The position numbers and the translations under genes were made by a program. 54,679 bases of DNA from an uncultured Bdellovibrionales bacterium (GTDB taxonomy: Bacteria; Patescibacteriota; Minisyncoccia; Moranbacterales; DUUL01), in contig CAYQVD010000001.1 of the NCBI GenBank assembly GCA_964421125.1, positions 1-54,679 on the forward strand, written 5' to 3'. Below, one piece after another: positions 1-10,360 of the stretch (the first letter of the stretch is position 1; every line of letters begins with the position of its first letter). The notes under the pieces were generated by a model, which worked only from the letters and a program-made list of their open reading frames with translations, was not told the DNA's origin and ran no database searches.

Positions 1-125
1 ACCCGAAGAGATGTCTTTTTGTCTTTCTAGATTAAGATTGGGATCAGAATGCAAGGGCTGAAGTATGGTGTTGGAAAAAAATCTACCCAAAGCCTAAGCT
101 CGAGAGGATGATTCCAATAAATACC

Positions 126-163
126 TTTATTCACATAAGGACGTACATCCTTATGTGAATAAA
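126..163. repeat. Perfect 16-bp inverted repeat (tttattcacataagga-cgtaca-tccttatgtgaataaa), REP-like
   Basis: Read directly; the core taaggacgt(a/c)catcctta recurs at 10372-10395. Confidence 0.7.
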
Positions 164-197
164 CTTAAAAAAATATTATTTTATATTATTATTACAC

Positions 198-225
198 AAA
201 AACCTCGCCCGAGAGCGAGGTTTTT
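198..225 (-). terminator. Intrinsic terminator downstream of hup
   Basis: aaaaacctcgc-ccgaga-gcgaggttttt hairpin with A/T tracts. Confidence 0.75.
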
Positions 226-246
226 ATATATATAGAAAACTAAGAT

Positions 247-519
247 TTAGTTTACTGCTTCCTTTAGAGATTTTCCAGCTTTGAATTTTGGAGAATTACA
301 TGCAGGAATATCTAGAGGTTCTCGTGTTGCAGGGTTAATTCCCTTTCTAGCAGCCCGTGCTGTTACTTTAAAAGTTCCAAAACCAGTGAACGCTACTTGA
401 TCTCCACTTTGCAAAGCGCCAGTGATTGTGTCAATTAAGGCCTCGATTGCAGCTTCTGAATCTTTTTTGCTAAGACCAATTTTTGTTGCTACTGCTTCTA
501 CGACTTCGCTCTTGTTCAT
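247..519 (-). CDS. hup: DNA-binding protein HU
   Basis: MNKSEVVEAVA...GFGTF...R.GINPAT HU signature; ATG at 519 follows SD-like AAGGCGGTG. Confidence 0.95.
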   Translation of the reverse strand: MNKSEVVEAVATKIGLSKKDSEAAIEALIDTITGALQSGDQVAFTGFGTFKVTARAARKGINPATREPLDIPACNSPKFKAGKSLKEAVN

Positions 520-693
520 AGTTTTCACCGCCTTTCTAGATTTAATTATTTATTTTTTTATTCTATTGAAAGTATCTTCCAATAGGGTAAATTTTTATTA
601 ATCTTTCCTTTTTCCCTCAATAGCCCTATTTTACTATACTTCCCCTAAAAAAAGCAAGTATTTTAGGCGCTTCTATAAACAACACACAAAGCT

Positions 694-2214
694 CTATCTA
701 GCATATTCAACAGATCTAGTTTCTCTTATAACATTAACTTTAATTTCTCCAGGATAATTCAACTCTTCTTCAATCCTTTGAGCAATGCCCTTAGCGAGTT
801 TCAAAGCCTCGAGGTCATCAATTTTTTCTGGATTAACAAAAACTCGAATCTCTCTTCCAGCTTGAATTGCATAACACTTTTGAACTTCTCCATATGACAG
901 AACAAGTGTTTCAAGTTCCTCAAGTCTTTTAAGATATTTTTCAAGTGTATCTTTTCTAGCCCCAGGTCGAGATGCACTAAGTGCATCAGCCGCAGCAATT
1001 ACAAGTCCAAGATTATTCTTAAATGGATAATCTTCATGATGAGACTTCATCGCATCGATAACATCTTCTGATTGACCAAATTTTTTCAAAATACTAATTC
1101 CCAGCTCAACATGAGTTCCTTGAATCTCATGATCAACTGCCTTTCCAATATCATGAAGAAGCCCAGCCTTTTTAGCTTTAGTCACATCAAGCCCAAGTTC
1201 AGCAGCAAGTGCTCCTGAAATATGAGCTACTTCAAGAGAATGAAGTAAAACATTTTGACCATAACTTGTTCGATATCTTAACTTTCCAAGAAGCTGAATG
1301 AGACGAGGATCAATCCCAACTAAACCGAGATCATACACAGCAGCCTCTCCTGATTCTTTAATCTTCTTGTTAATTTCCTTTTTAGCCTTTTCAACTGAAT
1401 CCTCAATTTTAGTTGGATGAATTCTCCCATCTTCAATTAAATAATTTAAAGCCATTCGAGCAATTTCTCTCCTCATTGGATCAAATCCAGAAATCACAAT
1501 TGCCTCTGGAGTATCATCAACAATAATTTCAACACCAGTTAAGGCTTCTAATGCTTTTATGTTTCGTCCCTCACGACCAATAATTCTTCCCTTAATTTCA
1601 TCAGAAGGAAGAGCCACAGTTGAAGTGGTTGTTTCAGCCACATGAGTTCCTGCATATCTTTGCATTGCAAGAGACATCATATTTTTAGCCTCTTCCTCAA
1701 TCTGTTCCTTCTTATCTCTTTCTAACTGACCAATAACCTTTACAATTTCATCCTTATTTTCCTTTTCAGTGAGCTTCAGAAGAACTTTTTTGGCTTCTTC
1801 TTTATTCATTCCCGAAATCTTTTCAAGTCTTTCAATTTGCTGTTGCTTAACCTGAAGAATTTCCTCACGAATTCTTTTAATTTCCTGAGCCTTTCCTTGA
1901 AGATTTTTCCTTTCCTTTTCAAGATTAGAAACTTTTTGATCCAACCCTTGCTCTTTTTGTTCAAGTCTTCTCTCCATTCCACGAAGCTCCTCACTCCTCT
2001 TTTTTTCCTCTTTTTTTGCCTCATCAAGAATCTTAACAGCCTTGTCCTTGGCGTTAAGTAACGTTTCTTTTGATTCAATTTTTGCATCTTCAAGAAGCTT
2101 TGCTACTTTTGATTCAGCTGTATCAAGCTGATTCTTGGCAATTGTTTGTCGACCAAAATAGCCGACCGCGCCCCCTGCCAATAAGACTACAATTCCGATA
2201 ATGATTACATCCAT
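694..2214 (-). CDS. rny: Ribonuclease Y
   Basis: N-terminal TM and coiled coil, KH (KGRIIGREGRNI), HD (LLHDIGK), C-terminal IRETR. Confidence 0.97.
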   Translation of the reverse strand: MDVIIIGIVVLLAGGAVGYFGRQTIAKNQLDTAESKVAKLLEDAKIESKETLLNAKDKAVKILDEAKKEEKKRSEELRGMERRLEQKEQGLDQKVSNLEKERKNLQGKAQEIKRIREEILQVKQQQIERLEKISGMNKEEAKKVLLKLTEKENKDEIVKVIGQLERDKKEQIEEEAKNMMSLAMQRYAGTHVAETTTSTVALPSDEIKGRIIGREGRNIKALEALTGVEIIVDDTPEAIVISGFDPMRREIARMALNYLIEDGRIHPTKIEDSVEKAKKEINKKIKESGEAAVYDLGLVGIDPRLIQLLGKLRYRTSYGQNVLLHSLEVAHISGALAAELGLDVTKAKKAGLLHDIGKAVDHEIQGTHVELGISILKKFGQSEDVIDAMKSHHEDYPFKNNLGLVIAAADALSASRPGARKDTLEKYLKRLEELETLVLSYGEVQKCYAIQAGREIRVFVNPEKIDDLEALKLAKGIAQRIEEELNYPGEIKVNVIRETRSVEYAR

Positions 2215-2596
2215 ATTAGTTACTTGCTAATCTGCTGCAAAACGAAACTAATAAAGCAATGATCCATTTTTTATTTTATAAGCATCTTATCTATAATAAG
2301 AAAAGTTGATTCTGAAATTATTCTCCTTGTACATTTAGCGTCAAAAATATTAATCATTGATTTCTTGCTCCATTAATCTCTATTTATTATACTCTTCTAA
2401 CTCGATCTCTTTGCAACTATTAGCTTTTTAAACGATTATTAACTAAACTTAACATCTCTTAAACTCTTACATTACTTTAATTCTTTTTAAGAAAATTGTC
2501 AAAAATATTCATAGTGATAAAATGAATTAGTAATATCTCTAATTATAAATATTTCTACTAGAAAAATCTAATACCTTTAATAATATAAAAATTGTT

Positions 2597-4171
2597 ATGA
2601 ATAAATCTAAACCAGTTGTAATGATAGTTTTAGATGGATGGGGAGAAAGCACTGAAATCGCTGGAAATGCTATTAGAAAAGCTAACACTCCCACAGTAAA
2701 CGCACTTAACCAATATTATCCCAAAACCTTTCTTCAAGCTTCTGGAATCTCAGTGGGACTTCCTTGGGGAGAAGTTGGAAATTCCGAAGTTGGACACCAG
2801 TCAATGGGAGCAGGAAGAATTATTTATCAAAATCTTCCACGAATCACCTTAGCAATCGAAGATAATTCTTTCTTTAGTAATGAGGCATTTCTGAAAGCAA
2901 CTAAAAATACCAAAGAAAATAAAACATCACTCCATCTTATTGGACTAACTAGTGACGGAGGGGTTCATTCTGATATTAATCATCTCTTCGCTCTCATGGA
3001 ACTTGCAAAAGACCAGCGAGTTGAAAAATTATTCATTCACGCCATCACTGATGGTCGAGATACTTCACCAAAAATAGCCCAGGAATATATTAAAAAGATT
3101 CAAGCAAAAATCAAACAACTTGAAATCGGAAAAATTGCTACTATCACTGGAAGATACTACGCTATGGATCGAAACAAAAATTTTGATCGCCTTGAAAAAT
3201 CACTTGACGCAATGATAAATAACAAAGGAGTAATTGAAAATGATCCAATTCTAGCAATTGAAAATCAATATAAAAGAAACATTGACGATGAACATCTTGA
3301 ACCAATTGTCTTAACTGATGAAAATAAAAATCCAATAACAAAAATCTTAAAAAATGATGAGATAATTTGTTTTAACTTTAGAAAAGACCGGTCAATGCAA
3401 TTTGCACAAGCTTTTGCTGATGCAAAGATAAGAAAAGAAAATTTCAAAATTGAAATTCCTGAAATCCACTTCACTGCTATGACAGAATATATGTCAGGCC
3501 TTGAAATGGATATTGCTTTTCCTCAGGAAGACTCACCAACCTGTCTTGGAAAAATAATTTCAGATAATAACAAAAAGCAATTAAGAATCGCTGAAACTGA
3601 AAAATATGCTCATGTTACCTATTTTTTTAATGTTGGTGAAGAAAAACCATTCCCAGGAGAAGAACGGATTGTTGTCCCATCAAAAAATGTTCCCTCTTAT
3701 GATGAAATTCCAGAAATGAGTGCAATGGAAATTACAGAAAAAACTTTAGAAGAAGTAGAAAAAGATAAATTTGATTTTATTTTAATTAATTTTGCAAATG
3801 CTGACATGATTGGCCATACCGGAAATCTTCAAGCTGCAATCAAAGCAATAGAATTTCTTGATAATTGTCTAAAAACAATCATCAAGGCAGTTTTAAGTAA
3901 AAAAGGATGCCTATTGATAACTGCTGATCATGGAAATGCTGAAGAAATGATCGAGATGAGAACCGGAGAAAAACTTACCGAACATTCCAACAATCCAGTT
4001 CCTTGCTGGCTAGTAACACCAGAAAACAAAAGAAAAAATCCACTACCGATGGAACCAGAAATTGAAAATGGCGGAATGCTCTGCGATCTTGCACCAACCG
4101 TCCTTGAATTAATGGGACTCGAAAAAGATCGCCAAATAAATTGTGAAAGCTTAATAGAATTATTAAAATAG
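2597..4171 (+). CDS. gpmI: 2,3-bisphosphoglycerate-independent phosphoglycerate mutase
   Basis: LDGWG, GNSEVGH, DGRDT, GRYYAMDR, ETEKYAHVT, TADHGN. Confidence 0.97.
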   Translation: MNKSKPVVMIVLDGWGESTEIAGNAIRKANTPTVNALNQYYPKTFLQASGISVGLPWGEVGNSEVGHQSMGAGRIIYQNLPRITLAIEDNSFFSNEAFLKATKNTKENKTSLHLIGLTSDGGVHSDINHLFALMELAKDQRVEKLFIHAITDGRDTSPKIAQEYIKKIQAKIKQLEIGKIATITGRYYAMDRNKNFDRLEKSLDAMINNKGVIENDPILAIENQYKRNIDDEHLEPIVLTDENKNPITKILKNDEIICFNFRKDRSMQFAQAFADAKIRKENFKIEIPEIHFTAMTEYMSGLEMDIAFPQEDSPTCLGKIISDNNKKQLRIAETEKYAHVTYFFNVGEEKPFPGEERIVVPSKNVPSYDEIPEMSAMEITEKTLEEVEKDKFDFILINFANADMIGHTGNLQAAIKAIEFLDNCLKTIIKAVLSKKGCLLITADHGNAEEMIEMRTGEKLTEHSNNPVPCWLVTPENKRKNPLPMEPEIENGGMLCDLAPTVLELMGLEKDRQINCESLIELLK

Positions 4172-4185
4172 AAATTACATAAATT

Positions 4186-4212
4186 AAAACAGGCCAATAA
4201 GCCTGTTTTTTT
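4186..4212. terminator. Bidirectional terminator between convergent gpmI and fba
   Basis: aaaacaggc-caataa-gcctgttttttt. Confidence 0.75.
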
Positions 4213-4236
4213 ATATAAAATATATGTAAAAATAAT

Positions 4237-5094
4237 TTAAATCATTGCAAACATCTTAATTTTTTCTTCTACTTTCTTTTGGATTGCATCTCGAACAACT
4301 GCCATGATTTTTCGTGGATCATTGTAATCGCAACGATCTTTATTCATCATCCCACAAAGAGCAGTGGAAAAAGCAATCCGAGTATCAGTATCAATATTAA
4401 AACAACAAATCCCACCACTAATAGCTTTCTCGACTTTCTCTTTATCCCAATCTGAAGCTCCATGCATAATAAGAGGTATTTCAGGAACTAAACTTTTAAT
4501 CATATCCAAACGCTCCCAATCTGGTTCTGATCTCTCTCGAAAAAAACCATGAGCATTCCCAATTCCCACTGCCAAAGCATCTATCCCGGTTTCTTTTACC
4601 AACATTTCTGCTTCTTCAGGATTTGTCATCAATTCTTCCCAATCAATATCTCCCATTTCTTCTCGTCCTAAATAGGGAACTGCTCCAAGTTCAGCTTGAA
4701 CCGAAACATCTTTTGAATGAGCATACTCAACAATCTCTTTTGTTAAAGTAAGATTCTCTTTAAAATTTAATTTTGAAGCATCAATCATAACAGAATCTAC
4801 TCCAGCATCAATTGCTCTTGTGATATCATTAAGTGCTTTCCCGTGATCAAGATGAAACCCAATTTCAGCGTCCCTCGAATCACTTTCGATTGCCTCCAAA
4901 ACAATATACTTTAACATCTTATCTCCAACATAGTCCAAGGAACTCATTGAAGTTTGAATAACACAAGGGCGTGAAAGCTCCGCTGCCGCTCGAATAATTC
5001 CTTGAGTAACTTCCATATTAGAAGTATTAAATGCGCCAATCGCATAACCACCCTTCATAGCATCTTTCAATATATCAACTGTTTTCTTTTTCAT
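4237..5094 (-). CDS. fba: Class II fructose-bisphosphate aldolase
   Basis: GYAIGAFN, HLDHG, SVMIDAS, LAVGIGNAHG, MHGAS. Confidence 0.93.
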   Translation of the reverse strand: MKKKTVDILKDAMKGGYAIGAFNTSNMEVTQGIIRAAAELSRPCVIQTSMSSLDYVGDKMLKYIVLEAIESDSRDAEIGFHLDHGKALNDITRAIDAGVDSVMIDASKLNFKENLTLTKEIVEYAHSKDVSVQAELGAVPYLGREEMGDIDWEELMTNPEEAEMLVKETGIDALAVGIGNAHGFFRERSEPDWERLDMIKSLVPEIPLIMHGASDWDKEKVEKAISGGICCFNIDTDTRIAFSTALCGMMNKDRCDYNDPRKIMAVVRDAIQKKVEEKIKMFAMI

Positions 5095-5103
5095 TTTTTT
5101 ATT

Positions 5104-5883
5104 TTAATTATCCATTAATTTTGTAATTTTTTTAAGTTCGTGTGGAATAGTACTAGCACTTCCGATTAAAGCACCTTTCATTCCAGAATCAATGCAAACC
5201 TCTTGAACATTTTTACTATCAACACTTCCTCCATAAATAATTCTTACCCGCTCTGCAGTTTTCTCTCCATATTTTTTCACTAAAAACTTTTTAATTAATA
5301 ATCTTGCAGTCATAATGTCAGCACTAGTTGGTGGAAATTTTGGCTTGTTGGCACTAATTGCCCAAATTGGCTCATAACAAATAATCACATTTTCAATTTT
5401 TCCTGGACCAATTTCTATTAAACAATTACTCAATTGACCCAGAACAACTTCCATCGTTAGTCCTTTTCTTCTTTGATCGCCATCTTCACCAATACAAATA
5501 ATTGGTTTTATTCCAGCTCTTAAAACAGCTGAAATTTTTTGAGAAATCATTTCATCATTTTCCCCAAAATATTTTCGTCTCTCACTGTGCCCCAAGATTA
5601 CATACTTAATCCCAGAACTTGAAAGCATTGTCGGAGAAATCTCTCCAGTAAAAGCCCCCTTATTTTCCCAAACACAATTCTGTGCACCAACAAAAATTGT
5701 TTTTGATTTATTTTTTTTACTGAATTGATCAAGAAAAATCGCTGGTGGACAAATTACCAATTCTGTATTCTTAAGCTTTAAATCTTTTTTTGCTTTTGAA
5801 AAATTTTCCAACCATCTCTCCACTTCCCCCGCCAAAGAAAGATACATCTTTAAATTCGCAACAATTATATTTTTGTTATTCAT
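5104..5883 (-). CDS. tpiA: Triosephosphate isomerase
   Basis: ANLK, GAFTGEIS, LGHSERR, YEPIWAI, YGGSV. Confidence 0.96.
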   Translation of the reverse strand: MNNKNIIVANLKMYLSLAGEVERWLENFSKAKKDLKLKNTELVICPPAIFLDQFSKKNKSKTIFVGAQNCVWENKGAFTGEISPTMLSSSGIKYVILGHSERRKYFGENDEMISQKISAVLRAGIKPIICIGEDGDQRRKGLTMEVVLGQLSNCLIEIGPGKIENVIICYEPIWAISANKPKFPPTSADIMTARLLIKKFLVKKYGEKTAERVRIIYGGSVDSKNVQEVCIDSGMKGALIGSASTIPHELKKITKLMDN

Positions 5884-5974
5884 AATAGTATAAAATTATT
5901 TTTCTATATAATTAAGTAACCTATTTAAAAAAACTGCGTATAATCTTCCGAACCTAAGATTTCAACTTATCTTA

Positions 5975-6472
5975 TCATAAACTCACAACTCCCATTGTTA
6001 ATAAGGAAACAATAATTCCCGCTGTCATGATTCCAAGAATAATCACTGGGATGGATTTCTTTCTTTCTATTCCGAAAATAAACGCTGCCAGTGCTCCAGT
6101 CCAACCGCCAGTCATTGGAAGAGGAATTGCAACCAAAAGAAAAAGTCCCCAAGAGCCATATTTTTCAATTTTGTCATGCGATCTTCTTCTGGTTCTTTCA
6201 AAAAGCCACCTGAAAAATAGATTCCAAAATAAAAACTTTTTTGATAAAAATTTCACAACTACTTCCAAAAAAAACAAGATAATCAAAACTGGAATAATAT
6301 TTCCAATCATTGCCCAAAAATAAGCCTGGAAAATATTCATATCATAAACCCCAACCGCAAAAGGAATTGCACCTCTTAATTCAAAAATTGGAGTGGCACC
6401 AATAATCACTGTGACAATCTGAGATGGAATGCTCTCAAAAACATTCGCAAATTGGTTTATATCTAAAATCAT
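5975..6472 (-). CDS. Small multidrug export family membrane protein (COG2426-like)
   Basis: PIFELRGAIP and VAIPLPMTGGWTG motifs; several TM helices. Confidence 0.85.
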   Translation of the reverse strand: MILDINQFANVFESIPSQIVTVIIGATPIFELRGAIPFAVGVYDMNIFQAYFWAMIGNIIPVLIILFFLEVVVKFLSKKFLFWNLFFRWLFERTRRRSHDKIEKYGSWGLFLLVAIPLPMTGGWTGALAAFIFGIERKKSIPVIILGIMTAGIIVSLLTMGVVSL

Positions 6473-6527
6473 TTCAAAAAATTAATGGTGAATAGTACTA
6501 ATTATTTATTTCACTAAACTCAATCGA

Positions 6528-6678
6528 TTCTCTGGTAATATAAATTTTGATAAAAAATCTGTTTGAGAGTTTGAATTTTATCTGAAAATTTTCCAAGGTG
6601 GTGTTGAATGTGGTGAAAATTTTCAGTAAAAAATTCATACTCGAGTTTAGTTTTTTCAAAATTTATATTACCAGAGAA
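6528..6678. repeat. 151-bp imperfect palindrome with perfect 23-bp terminal inverted repeats (MITE-like)
   Basis: ttctctggtaatataaattttga (6528-6550) and tcaaaatttatattaccagagaa (6656-6678); the inner arms also pair. Confidence 0.8.
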
Positions 6679-6704
6679 ACAAATCAATCAGAACTATTTA
6701 TTAA

Positions 6705-7754
6705 TCAAACTTCTCTCAAGTATTTCGCTGAATCTTCTGGCTCTATTGCTGAAACTTCAATTCCCGTGGAAAGTTCGAATCCAGCCCAAGTTGAAGTTTT
6801 TGGTAAAATTTCAATATGCCAATGATAATGAGGGTAATCCCTCCCATCACACGGAGAAGTATGTAGATAAAAATTAAAATCTGGTTCACTAAGAATTTTT
6901 CCAGCTCTCCTAATCGCTTCATGAAGAGCCTCTCCTCCGGAGATTTTTTCTTCATCTGAAATTCTTTCAAAATAAGATTCATGTTTTTTTGGAAGAACCC
7001 ACATCTCGAAAGCTGTTCGAGAAGCGAAGGGAGTAATAACCACAAAATCATCATTTTCGAAAACAACTCTTTTCCCATGACTCAATTCCCATTCAATCAT
7101 ATCACAAAAAACACACTTCTTGTGTGATCGATAATATTCTTCAGACCCATCTAGTTCAATTCGAATATATGGAGACACAACTGGCACTGCCGCAAGCTGA
7201 GAATGCGGATGAGAAATTGAAGCACCAGCTTTCTTCCCATGATTATGAAATATTTCAATATATCGAACAGACTTTTTATTCATCAAATCTAAATATCTTG
7301 TCTGATAAGCGTCTAAAATTTCCGCCACCCAAATTGGATCCATCAAACCAATATGTTTAAAATGATCACGAGTTAAAATCACTTCATGATAACCTACTCC
7401 GTCCATCCAAAAGTATGGTCCTTCTTCTTTGTGATTAATTCGTCCACCACTTGGTCGAGTAAATGCCGGATATTTATTTGGAAAAATTCTCAAAGTCCAA
7501 TCACCTTTTCCTGTTGTATAAATTAAAACGTCTTCCTCTTGACCTGAAGCCGTTGGATCACAAAACAAACATTTCTCAATATCCTTAGCAGATTCTTTTT
7601 CTTTTTTTTCTTTTCCCGCAAAATCAGAAGGACGTTTTCCTCTTCCTGTCGCAATCACCACCCAGTCTCCAGTCACAAGATCTTGCCGAAGTTGAGAACC
7701 AGATTTATTTTTATTTTTTTCACCAACAGCTACATTCGTTTTTTTGTTTTTCAT
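6705..7754 (-). CDS. galT: Galactose-1-phosphate uridylyltransferase (HIT superfamily)
   Basis: LRQDLVTGDWV, CLFC, GASISHPHSQ active site, CVFC, HWHIEI, AGFELSTG. Confidence 0.92.
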   Translation of the reverse strand: MKNKKTNVAVGEKNKNKSGSQLRQDLVTGDWVVIATGRGKRPSDFAGKEKKEKESAKDIEKCLFCDPTASGQEEDVLIYTTGKGDWTLRIFPNKYPAFTRPSGGRINHKEEGPYFWMDGVGYHEVILTRDHFKHIGLMDPIWVAEILDAYQTRYLDLMNKKSVRYIEIFHNHGKKAGASISHPHSQLAAVPVVSPYIRIELDGSEEYYRSHKKCVFCDMIEWELSHGKRVVFENDDFVVITPFASRTAFEMWVLPKKHESYFERISDEEKISGGEALHEAIRRAGKILSEPDFNFYLHTSPCDGRDYPHYHWHIEILPKTSTWAGFELSTGIEVSAIEPEDSAKYLREV

Positions 7755-7789
7755 TTTTTTACCCTGTTAAATAAATTCCCTATTAAAAG

Positions 7790-8578
7790 TTAAATTTTCC
7801 TACTAATTTCATTAACTTTTTTATTAAGTTTATAAACCCCTTTAATCAAATTCCACCGAACTTTTGCTAAATCTCTAAAAGTACTTATATAGCCACTAAT
7901 ACCAACCAGGCTATCTCCTCGGTCAAGCCATTCCACTGGTACTTCGGCAATTTTGTAACCAAGTTTTTTCCCAACCATCAATAACTCAAAATCAATTCCC
8001 CATCGATTAATTGTTGCCCTAGGAGCAATATCCTTAACTGCACTCTCTGTAAAAGCTTTAAATCCACATTGAGTATCTTTAATTCCATAAAGCCCTGCCC
8101 CAACTTGAATAAGGAGATTTCCGAAATCCCCTAAGAATTCTTTCCATTTCGGTTGATGAATTTTCACATCTGATTCTCCAAGGTCTCTTGAGCCAATCAC
8201 AATATCCGCTCCTTCTTTAAATTTTGGAATAAAATTATCAAACATCTTTATTGGAGTTGCACCATCCATATCAGTAAAAAGCCTAATTTGACCTTCCGCA
8301 GATAAAAGTCCCTCTCTAACAGAATAACCTTTCCCTTTATTTTCTTTTCTATCAATTACTCTGAAATTATCGGCTTTATCAGCAATTTCTTCATTAACTA
8401 TTTCTGGAGTTTCCTCATCATTCGGCCCATCTAAAACAATTACCACTTCATAAACCTGTCCAAGATTTTCAAAATAGTTTTTAATGGAATTAAGATGATC
8501 ATGCATCTCTTTTCTCTTTGTTGCCTCATTATAGGTAGGAACAATCACCGAATACATCGGTTTTAATTTATTTTTCAT
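7790..8578 (-). CDS. GT2 glycosyltransferase, dolichyl-phosphate glucosyltransferase-like
   Basis: SVIVPTYNE, NKGKG, FTDMDG, DTQCGFK. Confidence 0.9.
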   Translation of the reverse strand: MKNKLKPMYSVIVPTYNEATKRKEMHDHLNSIKNYFENLGQVYEVVIVLDGPNDEETPEIVNEEIADKADNFRVIDRKENKGKGYSVREGLLSAEGQIRLFTDMDGATPIKMFDNFIPKFKEGADIVIGSRDLGESDVKIHQPKWKEFLGDFGNLLIQVGAGLYGIKDTQCGFKAFTESAVKDIAPRATINRWGIDFELLMVGKKLGYKIAEVPVEWLDRGDSLVGISGYISTFRDLAKVRWNLIKGVYKLNKKVNEISRKI

Positions 8579-8588
8579 TTTCTTTTTT

Positions 8589-8617
8589 ACCCAGTTAAAT
8601 AAATTATTTAATAGGGT
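8589..8617. repeat. Small palindrome acccagttaaata-aat-tatttaatagggt
   Basis: Related arms at 7761-7773 and 54015-54073. Confidence 0.6.
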
Positions 8618-8686
8618 GAATTATATTTAATATTATTATAGATACACAAACCTTATTAGCCTGTGAATTTTCTTATTATAATTTTA

Positions 8687-9070
8687 TCATTTTTTTTCAT
8701 TTCTGTCTAACCAACTCTGAAGAATAATCCTGGCTGCCTCTGCATTATCTTGTTTAGTAATATTTTTTTCTCGAAATTCCTTAATATTTTTCTGAGCCAT
8801 GAGAGTTGAAAAGTCCTCATTTTCAAAAATCACATCCCACCCCTCACTCTTCATTTCATCAATTGCCCTAGCCTTAGCACTAGACTCATTAAGTCCAAAA
8901 ACTATTTTATCAATCAAATTATCAACCAAAATTTTCTTAATCTCATCAATTAAGTCATCCGTATCAACTTCTTTAAGTGGCACAGCAATTCGATTTTCAC
9001 CATCTGCCAAAGCCAATCCTGTTTTGCTTTTCCCCCAATCAATTCCAAGAAAATATGCCTGTTCTGTCAT
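8687..9070 (-). CDS. ruvX: YqgF/RuvX family nuclease
   Basis: LGIDWGKSKTGLALAD, NEDFST, DNAEAARIILQSWL. Confidence 0.9.
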   Translation of the reverse strand: MTEQAYFLGIDWGKSKTGLALADGENRIAVPLKEVDTDDLIDEIKKILVDNLIDKIVFGLNESSAKARAIDEMKSEGWDVIFENEDFSTLMAQKNIKEFREKNITKQDNAEAARIILQSWLDRNEKK

Positions 9071-9104
9071 TCTATTAAAATTAAAAGATTATTAAAATTT
9101 ACAT

Positions 9105-10346
9105 TTATTCCACGCTCAATCCAATTGGATAAGAAGGTGGGGTTTCGTCGCCGGCATCAATTCCGACTAAGCTTAAATCTGCGCCATAATCTTCGCTATC
9201 ACTAGCTGTTCCGATTGCCCCTGATCCTGTTGCCAACGTGAAATCATGGCTTGTGGCGTCAGTGAATGTCGGGTCTGCGCTATAATTATCGTGACCACCA
9301 GTAGTGTTATTACTGCCATAGTCGATAATAGTAGAAGGGTTATAGAATATATTGTCATAATAAACATTGTCATTTGAAAATCCCCGAAATGAAAGCGCTG
9401 AAGTGATTCCGCCTACATAAATGGTGTTGTGTATTATAGTACAATTCGCACCACCCCAATTCTCACCAATAGCAGATTCACTTGCCATAGTATCTATAAC
9501 GTTATTAGTGATAGACACATATGACTGGTCTACTGTAAAACTCCGTTGTGTTGAGTCCTGAATAATATTATTTTCAACGTTAATATCTCGATTTATATCA
9601 TCGCCCCATTTAAATGCTACGGCAATGTGAGAATTAATAAATTTATTATTAAGGACATTTAAACCTATTGATCCTGCTCCGGTTGCATTAACCCTAACCC
9701 CTGCACAAACAAAATTACCATCAATATTACAGTTATAAATTAATACATTTATCCAACTATTCCCAGCACCAATACGAATAGTAGAGGCTTGACTGACATT
9801 GACTGATGACGCTGTGAGGTCGCAATTTTGTACTGTGATGTTGTTTGATGATCCTCCGCCACCTACTGTATCTGATGCGCCCATTACCACTGCACCATCA
9901 TAGTTCCCGCCATAGCTGCCATTAATTACTAAACCATCCAGAGTGATATTGTCGTGACCATTTAAATTAAAAGTTGCTTCCCTATCAGAATAACTTGCCG
10001 CACCAATGACGGGTTTATTTTCTCCGGTGACTCGGATTAATGTTGTCCTGTTGGCATTATCTGTCCCGCTTTTGGGGACTAATGATTTTTCATTGTACGT
10101 GCCTTCGTGAATATATATCGTATCCCCTGACGATGATGCCGTAATCGCAGAAGCAATAGTGGAATAAGTTTGACCACTCCCAACATGAAGTTCAGCCGCC
10201 TGTGAATTCTCTACCAACCCGAAAAAACTAAAAAATATTATTAGGATGAGAATTGTTTTGAATTTCCTTGTCCGCCATAGCTTTTTTAGCGAAGGAGAAA
10301 ACCTTAGCGAAGGTAGATCTTGTCTCTTTGTATTTTGTTTTTTCAT
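9105..10346 (-). CDS. Secreted right-handed beta-helix (pectate-lyase-like) protein
   Basis: Signal peptide, 'YSTIASAI...GDTIYIHEGTY', repeated NN-ladder turns, 'ADPTF...DFTL...SGAIG' tail; ATG 10346 preferred over 10373. Confidence 0.8.
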   Translation of the reverse strand: MKKQNTKRQDLPSLRFSPSLKKLWRTRKFKTILILIIFFSFFGLVENSQAAELHVGSGQTYSTIASAITASSSGDTIYIHEGTYNEKSLVPKSGTDNANRTTLIRVTGENKPVIGAASYSDREATFNLNGHDNITLDGLVINGSYGGNYDGAVVMGASDTVGGGGSSNNITVQNCDLTASSVNVSQASTIRIGAGNSWINVLIYNCNIDGNFVCAGVRVNATGAGSIGLNVLNNKFINSHIAVAFKWGDDINRDINVENNIIQDSTQRSFTVDQSYVSITNNVIDTMASESAIGENWGGANCTIIHNTIYVGGITSALSFRGFSNDNVYYDNIFYNPSTIIDYGSNNTTGGHDNYSADPTFTDATSHDFTLATGSGAIGTASDSEDYGADLSLVGIDAGDETPPSYPIGLSVE

Positions 10347-10360
10347 TTTGATTTTTATTT

